From contig OZ024743.1 in NCBI GenBank assembly GCA_964016885.1, positions 287,432,001 through 287,496,000 of the forward strand: a stretch of DNA of 64,000 nucleotides, written 5' to 3'. Below the pieces are notes generated by a model. It worked only from the letters and a program-made list of their open reading frames with translations, was not told the origin of the DNA and ran no database searches. The position numbers were made by a program, and so were the translations under genes. The DNA comes from Eledone cirrhosa (taxonomy: Eukaryota). Shown one piece after another: positions 36,968 to 50,892 of this stretch. Position 1 is the first letter of the stretch; the number at the start of each line of letters is the position of its first letter.

Positions 36968-39900
36968 ATCATCATCATCATCATCAGGTTTAGCGTCCGT
37001 GTTCCACGCTTGCATGGGTTTGTACGGAGGTTTTCTCACTTGAGGCAAGAGTGGTTGTCTTGCTCGCATACGACTGTCTGGCGGGTTTTCTACAGTTGGA
37101 TGCCCTTCCTAACACCAACCACATTTACAGTGTGGGGCTGGGAGGTTTTTACCGTGTTGCCTACACGGCCACATTACAGCGTGGACTGTCTGGCGGGTTT
37201 TCTACAGCTGGATGCCCTTCCTAACACCAACCACATTTACAGTGTGGGGCTGGGAGGTTTTTACCGTGTTGCCTACACGGCCACATTTACAGCGTGGACT
37301 GTGTGTTTTTTTGTTGTGACACCTACACGATCTCATTTGTTTCGGCCTGGATGTTGTGGGACCAACATAACTTTACATTGAAAGGGGCGGTGTGGATGGG
37401 GTGGTGGTGGTGGGACGGGGTGTATTTTGTTAGAGATGCCTACTGACTGTAGTAGGTTTTTACTTTGTATTTAGGTAAGGCGGGTCTTCTCTATTACTGA
37501 GTACCGCCAAAGGTCTCGGTCCAGTGACATTGTCTTGGAGAGGTGTAAGCGTGTGAGGTCGGAATTTATCAGCTCGTCCCAGGTTTTTCTGGGTCTGCCT
37601 ACTCCGTGGCTACCGTCTATCTTTATTGCCCTGCACTTTGTTATACAGCTGTCGTCTTTCATGCGCATCACGTGACCGTACCAACGTAGCCTTCTCTCGA
37701 GTAAACAACATCTGATCCCTCTTATTTCTAATTTTTTCCTTAGTTCGTTTATGCTTTGCCGTTCACGTATATTACTATTGCACATCCAGCGGAGCATGCA
37801 AGCTTCGTTCCTCTCTAGTCTGCGTATATCCTCTGCACACAATGCCCAGGTCTCACTGCCATGCAGCATTGCTGTTCGTATGCAGGCATCGTATAACCTG
37901 CCTTTCATTTTTAGGGAGAACCCTCTAGCGGCTAATAGTGGTATAAGCTCTCTGAGCTTTTTCCATCCAGTTCTGACTCTAGCTACAGTACTTTCAGAGC
38001 ACCCTCCCCCACTGCTGATTTTGTCACCCAGGTAACGGAAGCTGTCCACTATTTCTATAGAACCCTCTGCGCAGTTGAAAGAGCTAGTATTTTGTGGCAA
38101 CTTGCTGCTACTTATTGCACCAGAGCACCGGCCACATGTAAAATCTGTGTTCTTAGTTAGCTTACCTGTGATCCCACTACATCTTTTATGCACCCATACT
38201 TTGCATTTGGGACATAAAATGGAGTTTCTACCTACGCCTTTTCTACAGACTGAGCATGGCCATTTCCCGGAAGGGACCGGCGCCTTATTTTCTTTCCTAC
38301 AAACTAGAACTTTAGTCTTAGCCAGGTTAATTTTAAGGCCTTTTGATTCTAGGCCGTGCTTCCACATTTGGAATTTCTTCTCTAGCTCGGCCATTGATTC
38401 AGCTATGAGCGTTAGGTCATCTGCGTATAGGAGTTCCCATGGGCAGCCAGGTAACGGAAGCTGTCCACTATTTCTATGGAACCCTCTGCGCAATTGAAAG
38501 AGCTAGTATTTTGTGGGCACTTGCTGCTACTTATTGCACCAGAGCACCGGCCACATGTAAAATCTATGTTCTTAGTTAGCTTACCTGTGATCCCACTACA
38601 TCTTTTATGCACCCATACTTTGCATTTAGGACATAAAATGGAGTTTCTACCTACGCCTTTCCTACACACCGAGCACGACCATTTCCCAGAAGGGACCGCC
38701 GCCTTGTTTTCTTTCCTACAAACTAGTACTTTGGTCTTAGCCAGGTTAATTTTAAGTCCTTTTGACTCTAGGCCGTGCTTCCATGTTTGGAATTTCTTCT
38801 CTAGCTCGGCCATTGATTCCGCTATGAGTGTCAGGTCGTCTGCGTATAGGAGTTCCCATGGGCAGCCTGTCTTGAACTCCTCTGTTATAGCCTGAAGGGC
38901 AATAATAAATAGTAGTGGGCTGAGAACAGAGCCCTGATGGACGCCAACTTTTACGCTAAATTCTTCACTATATTCGTTGTTAATTCTAACCTTGCTGACT
39001 GTTTCTTTATACATGGCTTGTATAGCCCTCACAAGCCATTCGTCAACGCCTAGTTTTCTAAGAGCCCACCAGATAATGGAGCGGGGGACTCTGTCGAAGG
39101 CTTTCTCCAAGTCGACAAAAGCTAAGTAGAGGGGTTTACCTTTAGCTAGGTACTTCTCCTGTAGTTGTCGTACTATGAAAAGAGCATCTGTGGTACTTTT
39201 GCCTGACACAAACCCGAACTGCATTTCATCTAGGTCAATTCTCTCTCTGATTAGTTGCGCTATTACTTTTTCCGTGACCTTCATGACCTGGTCGATTAAT
39301 TTAATGCCTCTATAGTTACTCCTATCTAGGGCGTCTCCTTTACCCTTATAACAGTTAACGATGATGCTGCTATGCCAGTCCTTCGGAACAACCCCATTCT
39401 GTACGACTTGGTTAACTATGCGGGTGACCATGGTGTGTCCCACCGTGCCAGATGCCTTCAGCATCTCAGCAACTATTTCCGAAGGCCCAGCCGCCTTACC
39501 CGTCTTCATATCCTTGATTGCCTTACTTATTATACTCCCCTCGATTAACACTGCTGGTCCCTCTATTGGGTCGATATGGGGGAGACTGTCTTTCTCCCAT
39601 TTATTCTCCTCATTTAGTAGCCTTTCATAGTGACACTTCCAAGCTACCTTCTTATCAGCGTCGGTGATGGCAAGTGTGCCATCGTCGTTTAGTACACACT
39701 TCTCCCCGACAATATCACGGTTTTCCTTGACGCATTGCCTAGCAATCCTGAACACCTCACGTTTTTGGTCATCGCGTTGTAGAACATGCTTGAACTTTCT
39801 TTCCTCAGCTTCCCTTCTTGCTAAGTACACTTGTCTCCTAGCTTCCCTCCTGGCCACTTGATAGTCTTCTCTACTTCCCCCATCCCGCCATACTTTCCAA

Positions 39901-41081
39901 GCCTGCTTTTTGGCCTTAATTGACCCCTCCACCTTACTGTTCCACCACCATGTTACTCTCCTCCTGCCTACAGGCCTGCTCCGGCCACAGACTTCGTCTG
40001 TCGCCAACAGCAGGTTTGCTTTCAGAAATTCCCACTCTCCCTCTATATTGTCCGACTCTAAATGTTCTTCCTTACTGTCGAAAGCATCAAGTAATATGCT
40101 TTGAAATTTATTCCTGGCTGTGGGGTCCTTTAGCTTCCATATTTTTCTCCTGAGGATAGTCCTCTTCTGCTGTCGAGTACGTCTCGTCCTGACTATGAGG
40201 TCGCTAATTATCAGTCTATGTTGGGAGGTGCATTCTTCATGGGGGAGGGATTTAGTGTTTACAACAGACACTCTGTCACGTCTTCTGGTAAGGATATAAT
40301 CTACCTGGCTTGTGTGTTCCCCGGATCTATAGGTGATCAGGTGATTGTCACGTTTTTTGAAGTTAGTGTTACAGATAGTTAGGTTATTTGCATCGCAGAA
40401 TTCCAGGATTCTGGAGCCTTCCTCATTTCTAGTACCAAACCCATAGCCTCCATGGATTTCGTCGTAGCCGTCACAATGTTGTCCAACGTGACCATTTAGG
40501 TCGCCTGCGATAATTATATAGTCACTGTCGGATATTTGGGAGGTAGTTCGCATCAGTGTCTCATAGAATCTGTCTTTTATAGTGCCGGGCAGTCCGGATT
40601 GGGGTGCGTACGCAGATATTACTGTCACCGTAGTTCTATTGAGGACAAGTCGTATTTTAATTATTCTGTCGTTCACTCTATTTACGTCTATTATCTTATC
40701 TGCCTACTTTTCTGCTACCATGATTCCTACTCCACCCAGCCCATCGTCGTTTCCCACCCAGAAAAGCTTATAATATCGTTTTTTACCCTCAATGAACCTA
40801 GCAGACCCACCCCTCCACCTGGTCTCTTGAATACAACAAACATCGACCTCCTTACGTTCAAGCATTTCTACAACCTCGTTAGCGCGACCCTTTAGGGTGC
40901 CTACATTTATGGTACCAACTCTGAAGTTTTGGATTGCGTTTGGGGGTTGGGGGCGGTGGGGGGCGGGGGGCGATTGGGTTATGTTAGCCGTCCGCGGTCG
41001 AAACAATGAGGAGTGCTCGCATTCTCGTCCAAGAGGTGAATTTGTCTTTATCTTTGGCATCGTCGCTGAGCGTCCAGATTT
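36968..41081 (-). mobile_element. RTE family C copy 2: whole ORF (APE endonuclease + RT + PHD insert) with one nonsense codon and a ~420-bp internal duplication
   Basis: GTINVGTL, IQETRW, SAYAPQ, GDLNGH, SQHRL, then RT motifs. TAG at 40704-40706. 38030-38447 duplicates 38448-38867. Confidence 0.95.
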
Positions 41082-41115
41082 TATATATATATATATATTA
41101 TATATATATATATAT

Positions 41116-41147
<32 letters not shown>

Positions 41148-41178
41148 ATTATATATATATATATTATATATATATATT

Positions 41179-43346
41179 ATAAGCAAGGCAATCAAAGATA
41201 TGAAGACGGGTAAGGCGGCTGGTCCTTCGGAAATAGTTGCTGAGATGCTGAAGGCATCTGGTTCGGTGGGACACACCATGGTCACCCGGATAGTTAACCA
41301 AGTCGTACAGAATGGGGTTGTTCCGAAGGACTGGCGTAGCAGCATCATCGTTAACTGCTATAAGGGAAAAGGAGATGCCCTAGATAGGAGTAACTATAGA
41401 GGCATTAAATTAATCGACCAGGTCATGAAGGTCACGGAAAAAGTAATAGCGCAACTAATCAGAGAGAGAATTGATCTAGATGAAATGCAGTTCGGATTTG
41501 TGTCAGGCAAAAGTACCACAGACGCTCTTTTCATTGTACGACAACTACAGGAGAAGTACCTAGCTAAAAGTAAACCCCTCTACTTAGCTTTCGTCGACTT
41601 GGAGAAAGCCTTCGACAGAGTCCCCCGTTCCATTATCTGGTGGTCTCTTAGAAAACTAGGTGTTGACGAATGGCTTGTGAGAGCTATACAAGCCATGTAT
41701 AAAGAAACAGTCAGTAAGGTTAGAATTAACAACGAATATAGTGAAGAGTTTAGCGTAAAAGTTGGTGTCCATCAGGGCTCTGTTCTTAGCCCCCTACTAT
41801 TTATTATTGCCCTTCAGGCTATAACAGAGGAGTTCAAGACCGGCTGCCCATGGGAACTCCTATACGCAGATGATCTAACGCTCATAGCTGAATCAATGAC
41901 CGAACTAGAGAAGAAATTCCAAACATGGAAGCACGGCCTAGAATCAAAAGGCCTTAAAATTAACCTGGCTAAGACTAAAGTTCTAGTTTGTAGGAAAGAA
42001 AATATGGCGGCAGTGCCATCTGGGAAATGGCCATGCTCAGTGTGTAGGAAAGGCGTAGGTAGAAACTCCATTTTATGTCCCAAATGCAAAGTATGGGTGC
42101 ATAAAAGATGTAGTGGGATCACAGGTAAGCTAACTAAGAACATAGATTTTACATGTGGCCGGTGCTCTGGTGCAATAAGTAGCAGCAAGTGCCCACAAAT
42201 ACTAGCTCCTTCAACTGCGCAGAGGGTTCTATAGAAATAGTGGACAGCTTCCGTTACCTGGGTGACAAAATCAGCAGTGGGGGAGGGTGCTCTGAAAGTA
42301 CAGTAGCTAGAGTCAGAACTGGATGGAAAAAGTTCAGAGAGCTTATACCACTATTAGCCGCTAGAGGGTTCTCCCTAAAAATGAAAGGCAGGTTATACGA
42401 TGCCTGCATACGAACAGCAATGCTGCATGGCAGTGAGACCTGGGCATTGTGTGCAGAGGATATACGCAGACTAGAGAGGAACGAAGCTTGCATGCTCCGC
42501 TGGATGTGCAATAGTAATATACGTGAACGGCAAAGCATAAACGAACTAAGGAAAAAATTAGAAATAAGAGGGATCAGATGTTGTTTACTCGAGAGAAGGC
42601 TACGTTGGTACGGTCACGTGATGCGCATGAAAGACGACAGCTGTATAACAAAGTGCAGGGCAATAAAGATAGACGGTAGCCACGGAGTAGGCAGACCCAG
42701 AAAAACCTGGGACGAGCTGATAAATTCCGACCTCACACGCTTACACCTCTCCAAGACAATGTCACTGGACCGAGACCTTTGGCGGTACTCAGTAATAGAG
42801 AAGACCCGCCTTACCTAAATACAAAGTAAAAACCTACTACAGTCAGTAGGCATCTCTATCAAACCCCCCCCCCCCCCCCCCCCACCCCCGTCCCACCACC
42901 TCCATCCCATCCACACCGCCCCTTTCAATGTACAGTTATGTTGGTCCCACAACATCCAGGCCGAAACAAATGAGATCGTGTAGGTGTCACGACAAAAAAC
43001 ACACAGTCCACGCTGTAAATGTGGCCGTGTAGGCAACACGGTAAAAACCTCCCAGCCCCACACTGTAAATGTGGTTGGTGTTAGGAAGGGCATCCAGCTG
43101 TAGAAAACCCGCCAGACAGTCCACGCTGTAATGTGGCCGTGTAGGCAACACGGTAAAAACCTCCCAGCCCCACACTGTAAATGTGGTTGGTGTTAGGAAG
43201 GGCATCCAACTGTAGAAAACCCGCCAGACAGTCCTATGCGAGCAAGACAACCACTCTTGCCTCAAGTGGGAAAACCCCCGTCCAAACCCATGCAAGCGTG
43301 GAACACGGACGCTAAACCTGATGATGATGATGATGATGATGATGAT
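41179..43346 (+). mobile_element. RTE family C copy 3, 5'-truncated, one frameshift near 42198
   Basis: RT ORFs 40897-42234 and 42189-42818; 3' UTR with a ~103-bp duplication; (GAT)n tail. Confidence 0.95.
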
Positions 43347-43410
43347 TATATATATATATTACATATATATATATATTATATATTATATATATATATATTA
43401 TATATATATA

Positions 43411-44309
43411 TCATCATCATCATCATCATCATCAACGTTTAACGTCCGTGTTCCACGCTTGCATGCGTTTGGACGGGGGTAGTCCCACTTGAGGCAAGAG
43501 TGATTGTCTTGCTCGCATAGGACTGTCTGGCAGGTTTTCTACAGTTGGATGCCCTTCCTAACACCAACCACATTTACAGTGTGGGTCTGGGAGGTTTTTA
43601 CCGTGTTGCCTACACGGCCACATTACAGCGTGGACTGTGTGTTTTTTTGTCGTGACACCTACACGATCTCATTTGTTTCGGCCTGGATGGCGCGGCACCA
43701 ACATAACTTTACATAGAACGGGGTGGTGAGGATGGGGTGGGGGTGGTGGCGGGACGGGGTGTATTTTGTTAGAGATGCCTATGGGCAGCCTGTCTTGAAC
43801 TCCTCTGTTATAGCCTGAAGGGCAATAATAAATAGTAGGGGGCTGAGAACAGAGCCCTGATGGACGCCAACTTTTACGCTAAACTCTTCACTATATTCGT
43901 TGTTAATTCTAACCTTGCTGACTGTTTCTTTATACATGGCTTGTATAGCCCTCACAAGCCATTCGTCAACGCCTAGTTTTCTAAGAGCCCACCAGATAAT
44001 GGAGCGGGGGACTCTGTCGAAGGCTTTCTCCAGGTCGACAAAAGCTAAGTAGAGGGGTTTACCTTTAGCTAGGTACTTCTCCTGTAGTTGTCGTACTATG
44101 AAAAGAGCGTCTGTGGTGCTTTTGCCTGACACAAACCCAAGCTGCATTTCATCTAGGTCAATTCTCTCTCTGATTAGTTGCGCTATTACTTTTTCCATGA
44201 CCTTCATGACCTGGTCGATTAATTTAATGCCTCTATAGTTACTCCTATCTAGGGCATCTCCTTTACCCTTATAACAGTTAACGATGATGCTGCTATGCCA
44301 GTCCTTCGG
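43411..44309 (-). mobile_element. RTE family C copy 4, 5'-truncated with a ~1-kb internal deletion
   Basis: The RT segment ends at FKTGCP and is fused directly to the 3' UTR at ~43780. Confidence 0.93.
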
Positions 44310-44691
44310 AAATTATATATATATATATATATTATATATATATATTATATTATATATATATATTATATATATATATATATTATATATATATATTATATTA
44401 TATATATATATTATATATATATTATATTTATATATATATTATATTATATATATATATTATATATATATATTATATATATATATTATATATATATTATATA
44501 TATATATATTATATTATATATATATATTATATATATATTATATCTATATATTGTATTATATATATATATTATATATATATATATTATATATATATATTAT
44601 ATATATACATATTATATTATATATATATATTATATATATATATATTATATATATATATTATATATATATATTATATATATATATATATTAT

Positions 44692-44912
44692 GGTGAAGGC
44701 GTGTGGCTGAGTGTTTAGAGAATTGGATTCGCAATCGTAAGGTTGTGAGTTCGATTCCTGGACCAGGTGATGCGTTATGTCCTTGAGCAAGACACTTTAT
44801 TTCACGTTGCTCCTTCTACCTGGAGTTGCAACCGATAGATAGTATTAGCAATTGGAAAGACCAACGGAAACATTGTTCCCTCGGTCCGATTTGACGAAAG
44901 TCGATCGTTCCT
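44692..44912 (+). mobile_element. tRNA-derived CORE-type SINE (short-tail family)
   Basis: TGGCTGAGTG A-box, GAGTTCGATTCC B-box, GTCCTTGAGCAAGACACTT. Confidence 0.88.
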
Positions 44913-45115
44913 ATATATATATTATATATATATTATATTATATATATATTTTATATATATATATTATATATATATATTATATATATATATTATATATATA
45001 TTATATATATATATATATTATATTATATATATATATTATATATATATATATATTATATATATAATATATATATATTATATATATATTATATATATATATA
45101 TTATATATATATATA

Positions 45116-47190
45116 AGAGAGTATTGAAGTTTGCTTGAAGCATTGTGGAATAATAGGTAAATATCTTTAAGTCGTTTGGAAGCCTCGACAAATGCAGAGG
45201 GGTAAATCTCCGGGTAACAAGATCCGGTGGTGGAGAGAGAGATGTAAGTGGGTGTACGTTGAGATGCGTGGTGTGTATAAGACGTGTAGAAGAATGAAGG
45301 AAAGAGTATAAAGGATAAAATAAAAATAACAACACGAGAGAGAGTTACCTTGGGAGAGATTTAATTGTCCCTATATATTTTGGATTCACATCCATCAACT
45401 GGGGGTTTTTTCCAGGGTGGGGGAAAGGTTGTCTGTCGGAAAGGTGCGAAACGCGTCCTCCGCTGTTTGTTGTTTTGAATATCTGAGATACGCAGCAGAG
45501 CGCGCGTGCGCGTGAAATGGGGTCGCTCGGGCAGAGGTCAGCGGCTGAATGTGGGAGTAGGATGGTGCTAGCTGTCAGTCCATTCTCTGCCTGTTTGTTA
45601 AATGTTACTGTGTGTGTGCGTGTGTTGTTGTCTCGCTTGAGTGTGTGTGCCTTGTTCCTCTGTATTGGCAGTGTAGTATGTTCATATGGTGGAATGCTAC
45701 TGTGTGCGTGTGCGTCTGTAGTTGTCTCGTTTGTGTGTGTGTGCGCGTGTGTTGCTGCATCGTTTGCTAACTTAAACCAGCCACCTCATTTCGCTTCTCT
45801 CGGATCGATTGTTTATTTGCGGTGCAAGGCGTTTGATAAAAAGCGCTTCCTTGATACGTAACGTCCCAACGTTTCTTACAGTTGCTAGAATTGTGACAAT
45901 GGGCCTTCCGTCTTTGTTTCCGCATTTGTCTATTTGTTTCCGGAAAGATGAGGCCCTGGTTTTAGTGTGTTCCTTGATCCGGATGTGCAAAGGTCGGATT
46001 GTGCTACCTATATAGTATTGGTTACACCTGTCACATTCTATCTGATACACGACGTATGTGCCTAGGCAACAGTTCGCATGGCGTATCGGGCAGTCTCTGA
46101 GGGAGCACGCATCAGTAGATTTCCCAGGTTTCCTGGAGAGGCATCTTCGCAGGTGGATGTCGAGGCCCTCCCTCCGTATAGCCTTGCGGATAGCGTTGGT
46201 GGTTTTCTCGCCCAGGTATGACATTTTAAGGTGCCTATCTGTATTTTGTGTATGGTGTCTCCTACTCTGTCTGTGAGCGAGGTAGGGTACCCGTTCGTCT
46301 CCAGCACCTCGAGGAATCGCTTGGTATGAGTGACACCATTCGCGGGATCGCTGCATCTGTTTTTGATTCGCGTGATCTCGTTCGTGATGTATCCTCTTTT
46401 GGCACTGTTAGGGAGGGCGGACTTGTAGTGAACGAATAGGTCCCTGCAGGCTGCCTTTCGGTAGAAGTTGCAGTGGATCCTTCCCTGTTCCATGATGTTG
46501 ATTCGGAAGTCGAGGAGGGCAAGTGACCCGTCTTCGTTGGGGTGTTCAACACTGAAGTCAATGTTCTCGTCCGTGTTGTTGAACGTCTCATAGATTCTGT
46601 TCGCCGTGTCTTGGGAAGATGTGAGGATGAGGATATCGTCCACGTACCTTGAGAAAAAGGCGACGGCGTTGGGGTGGCAGGCGTTGAGTGCCTTACGCTC
46701 GAGGTTGTCCATGTAAGAGATCGCTAGCACACCTGATAGGCTTGATCCCAAGGGCAATCCCGAGGTTTGTTGGTATGTTTGGTCAAGGAATCCGAAGTAG
46801 GTGTTGTCGACGACGATGGATAGGAGTTGGTGGATGTCAGTGGTGGTGAGCCCGAAGCAGTGTAGGTCGGTGGATTGGACGCGTTCCATCAGTATATTGA
46901 CGGCCGGGAGTGCCGGGACCGAGGTGTAGAGGGCTACTACATCAAGGCTGAAGGCATATCTGTTATTCCATCTGGTGTCGGGATCCATTTGATGCAGGCG
47001 CTTCAACACCTCCTCGGAGCTGTTAACGTGTCCCGGCAAGGTGTCTAAGATGGGTTTGAGTATTCTGGCTAGGAACCATGAAATTTTGTAGAGTGGTCCC
47101 TTCACGCTCGATATAATGGGCCTGATCTTCAGGTCGGGTCCCTGTTTATGTGTTTTCACGAGGTGGTAGAAGGCGGGTAGTCTGCTGTTC
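45116..47190 (-). mobile_element. Penelope-like element 1 (RT + GIY-YIG endonuclease + 3' pLTR), 5'-truncated
   Basis: IRPIIS, SLDVVALYTSVP, GLPLGS, RYVDD, LDF, YRK; VVYQIEC..YYIGSTIRPLHIRIKEH..EALFI..PQINN. Confidence 0.93.
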
Positions 47191-47274
47191 CTTGTATGTA
47201 TGTGTATATGTATGTGTATGTGTGTATTTATATACACATATGTGTATATGTGTATGTGTATGTATGAGTGTATG

Positions 47275-47305
<31 letters not shown>

Positions 47306-47707
47306 ATGTATGCTTTTGTGTGTGTGTGTGTGTGTTTGCATGTGTGGTTTTATTTTATTTTATTTTTCCTTTCCTTCTTCTTTCTCCAGCCTCACTTTCA
47401 TATAGATTGCATTTTTGTTTTTGAAATCCAAATTCAATAAACACCAGGATTTTTTCATTCTGAGGATTGAAAGCAAAATTTTTTGCTTTTAAGAAACCAC
47501 TGGTAAATGGAATAATTGCCTTATGTTGTTTATTACATAACTATATATTATATATATATATTATATATATATATTATATATATATATTATATATATATAT
47601 TATATATATATATTATATATATATATTATATATATATATTATATATATATATTATATATATATATATATTATATATATATATATATTATATATATATTAT
47701 ATATATA

Positions 47708-48869
47708 TCATCATCATCATTTTACGTCCGCTTTTCCCTGCTTGCAAGGGTGGGACGGGTCTTATTCAGCACAGCATCTCTCCACTGGCCATTTCCCTGA
47801 CGGAATCAGGGTTTTGTCATCTTTTCTACTCATCAACACTTTTGTCTTAGCTAGATTCACTCTCAGTCCTCTTGCTTCCAACTGCTGTTTCCATAGCCAG
47901 AATATATTCTCTAGCTCCTCTACTGATTCTGCTATAAGAACCAGATCGTCAGCATAGAGAAGTTCCCATGGACAGCCAGTCTTAAACTCCTCTGTTATGG
48001 CTTGGAGGACTATAATGAACAAGAGCAGGCTGAGGACCGAACCCTGATGTACTCCTACTTGTATCTGGAATTCCTCACTAAACTCCATTCCTACCTTGAC
48101 TTTACTGAGAGTGCCTCTGTACAAAATTTGCACTGTCCTCACAAGCCATTCCTCAACACCTAGCTTCTTTAGGGACCACCAGATGACAGATCGGGGTACC
48201 CTATGAAAGGCCTTCTCTAGGTCAACAAAGGCTAAGTATAGTGGCTTATTCTTCTCTAAGAACCTGTCTTGCAATTGTCTCACCAAGAAGAGGGCATCTG
48301 TTGTACTCTTCCCAGGCACAAAACCAAACTGCATCTCATCTAGTTTGACCCTTTCTCTAATTAGTTGTGCTAAAATCCTTTCTGCCACTTTCATAACCTG
48401 ATCTATCAGTTTTATACCCCTATAATTGCTCCTCTCCAAAGCATCCCCTTTACCTTTGTAGCAATTTATGAGAATACTGCTGCACCAGTCTTTGGGTATG
48501 ACACCACCAAATATAGCCTGATTGATGATGCGTGCAACCAGTTTAGTGTCTACGTCCCCTGATGCCTTCAGCATCTCAGCAACTATTCCCGATAGTCCAG
48601 CAGCCTTACCATTTTTCATTTCCCTAATCGCCTCTTGGACCCTATATTCATCAATCTCAATAGCTGGTCCCTCTGTTGGATCTACCAAGGGTAATTTCTC
48701 TCTCTCCCATTTGTTCTCCACATTCATCAGTCTCTCATAATGACATTTCCAAGCCTCCCTTTTCTGATCATTCGTGACACTAAGTACACCGGCATGATCC
48801 CGGACACATTTATCTCCAACAACATCCTGATTTGCATTGACACACTGCCTTGCAATGTGGAACACCGCA
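47708..48869 (-). mobile_element. RTE family B 3' half with internal deletion (PHD and thumb lost)
   Basis: ORF 47762-48865; GGAAATGGCCA is fused to GTGGAGAGATGCTG near the 3' end. Confidence 0.93.
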
Positions 48870-49430
48870 AGTGTGTGTATGTATGTGTTTGTATATATGC
48901 GACAGCAATAACAGCATCAACACCATTGTCTGCAGCAACAGCAGCAGTGAAATGAAGAAGAAGAAGAACAACAACAGCGACAACAGCAACGGCGACGGCG
49001 GCAGCAACAGCATCAGCAACTACAATAACAACTACAGCACCAACAACTACCACCACCATCACTGACCATCCACCACCACCACCACCACACTGACACCATC
49101 CATCACCACCACACTGACACCATCCACCACCACCACCGCCATTACCAGCGTAAAGCAAACAATTATTATTATTATTATTATTATATACAAGCTGAACTGG
49201 ACTGGGAAAGGTCAACAGTTGACATGATATTGATTTTGATTTTGATTTTGTATTTGTATCAGTACTGTCGGTAATATATATATATGTGTGTGTGTTTGTG
49301 AGTGGTGTGTGTGATTGTATGCATGAATGAGTGTTGGTATGTGAGTGGCGTGTGTGTGGTTGTGGTTTGTATGCATGAGTGCTGGTGTGTGAGTGTGTGT
49401 GTGTGCGTCGTGTCAATAAGTATTTTTTTT
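48870..49430. repeat. Mixed microsatellite spacer (CAG/CAA, CAC, TTA, TG)
   Basis: Directly visible low complexity. Confidence 0.85.
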
Positions 49431-49439
49431 TATTTTTTT

Positions 49440-50805
49440 ATGACCATGCTGTAAAATGGAGAAGTAGAGAGGGCCCTTGAGTCTAGTAAGACATCCTCTC
49501 TAGTGCTGGTGGCACAAATAAAAGCACCCAGTCCATGCTGTAAAGTGGCGCTGGTGTTAGGAAGGGCATCCAACCAGTGTATCAATGCCAAAACGCTTAT
49601 CAGCACAGCAACAAATAGGAACAACAACAAAATATGAAGACGTCACATCTCAGAGTTGCAACACTTAATGTTGGCACTCTCAGAGGTAGATCTGCTGAAA
49701 TAGTGGAGATGCTGGAGAGAAGGCAGGTGGATGTGTGCTGCGTGCAAGAGGTGAGATGGAGAGGTGCCTCTGCGAGACTAGTCGTAGGCAAGCGTCTTAG
49801 CTATAAGCTATTCTGGGTAGGTAAGGATGATGAGTTAGGGGGAGTAGGCATTTTCCTGGCTGAGAAATGGATCAATAAGACAATAGAGGTAGTTCGAGTT
49901 AGTAATCGAATAATTAAGCTTAGATTAGTTGTAGGTAGGAGACTACTGACAATCATCTCGGCCTATGCTCCCCAAGCAGGCCTAGGCAAAGATGAGAAAG
50001 ACTGCTTTTATGAGCAACTTTTGCAAACAACTGCAATGACAGAGGACGGAGACATCGTTATGCTAGCAGGAGACTTCAATGGTCATGTTGGACAGCTCCA
50101 GGATGGTTACACTGGGGTACATGGTGGGCACGGTTACGGTTCAAGAAATGAAGAAGGAGTGAGACTTCTTGAATTTTGTGATGCAGGTACATTGACTATT
50201 TGCAACACAAACTTCCAGAAACCTGCCAATCACCTAATAACCTACAAATCTGGTGAGCACATAAGCCAGATTGACTTCCTCCTAGTTAGGTAGCGGGACA
50301 GGCAGATAGTGTCTAATACCAAGGCATACCCTGGGGAAGAATGTACCCCACAGCATAGGTTAGTTGTTAGTGATATCTCAGTAAGCAAGAGATGGAATGA
50401 GACATATAGGAAGGTGTGGAGAAGAAAGGTCTGGAAGCTAAAAGTCCTTTCACTAAAATACAAATTTAGGAAAGCCCTTCAAGATGTATATGACGAAAAA
50501 GAAGACGATTTAGAGACGTATGACATAGATAATAACTGGAATTTCTTACGTGACAACTTGCTGCAGGCTACTGATGAAACTTGTGGCTGGAGCAGAGCTC
50601 CAACCAGACAGAGAGTGACCTGGTGGTGGAACAGCACAGTAGATAAGGCTATTAGAAACAAAAGACTAGCATGGAAGGCTTGGAAAAAGGGTGGGAGTAG
50701 GGAAGAATATACAGCCACTAAGAGAGAAGCTAGACGTCAGGTGTACTTAGCACACAGGGAGGCAGAGAGTAGGAGGTTTGCCAATGTTCTGTGATGGGAA
50801 GATCA
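49440..50805 (+). mobile_element. RTE 5' half (5' UTR + APE endonuclease), probably family B
   Basis: ATLNVGTL, VQEVRW, SAYAPQ, GDFNGH, PQHRL, VTWWWN; ends at AAGATCA, where the family-B RT copies begin. The 5' boundary is approximate. Confidence 0.88.
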
Positions 50806-50816
50806 TATATATATAT

Positions 50817-50848
<32 letters not shown>

Positions 50849-50892
50849 ATATTATATATATATATATATTATATATATATATATATATTATA

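Noticed and set aside
45430-45462. CGAAACGCGTC, a typical hammerhead 3' half, on the + strand
   Set aside because: No CUGANGA or stem I/II upstream, and it is antisense to the Penelope element.
43770-47800. RTE internal deletions (at ~43780 and ~47786) as spliced-out introns
   Set aside because: The junctions lack GT donors; they fit template switching or deletion better.
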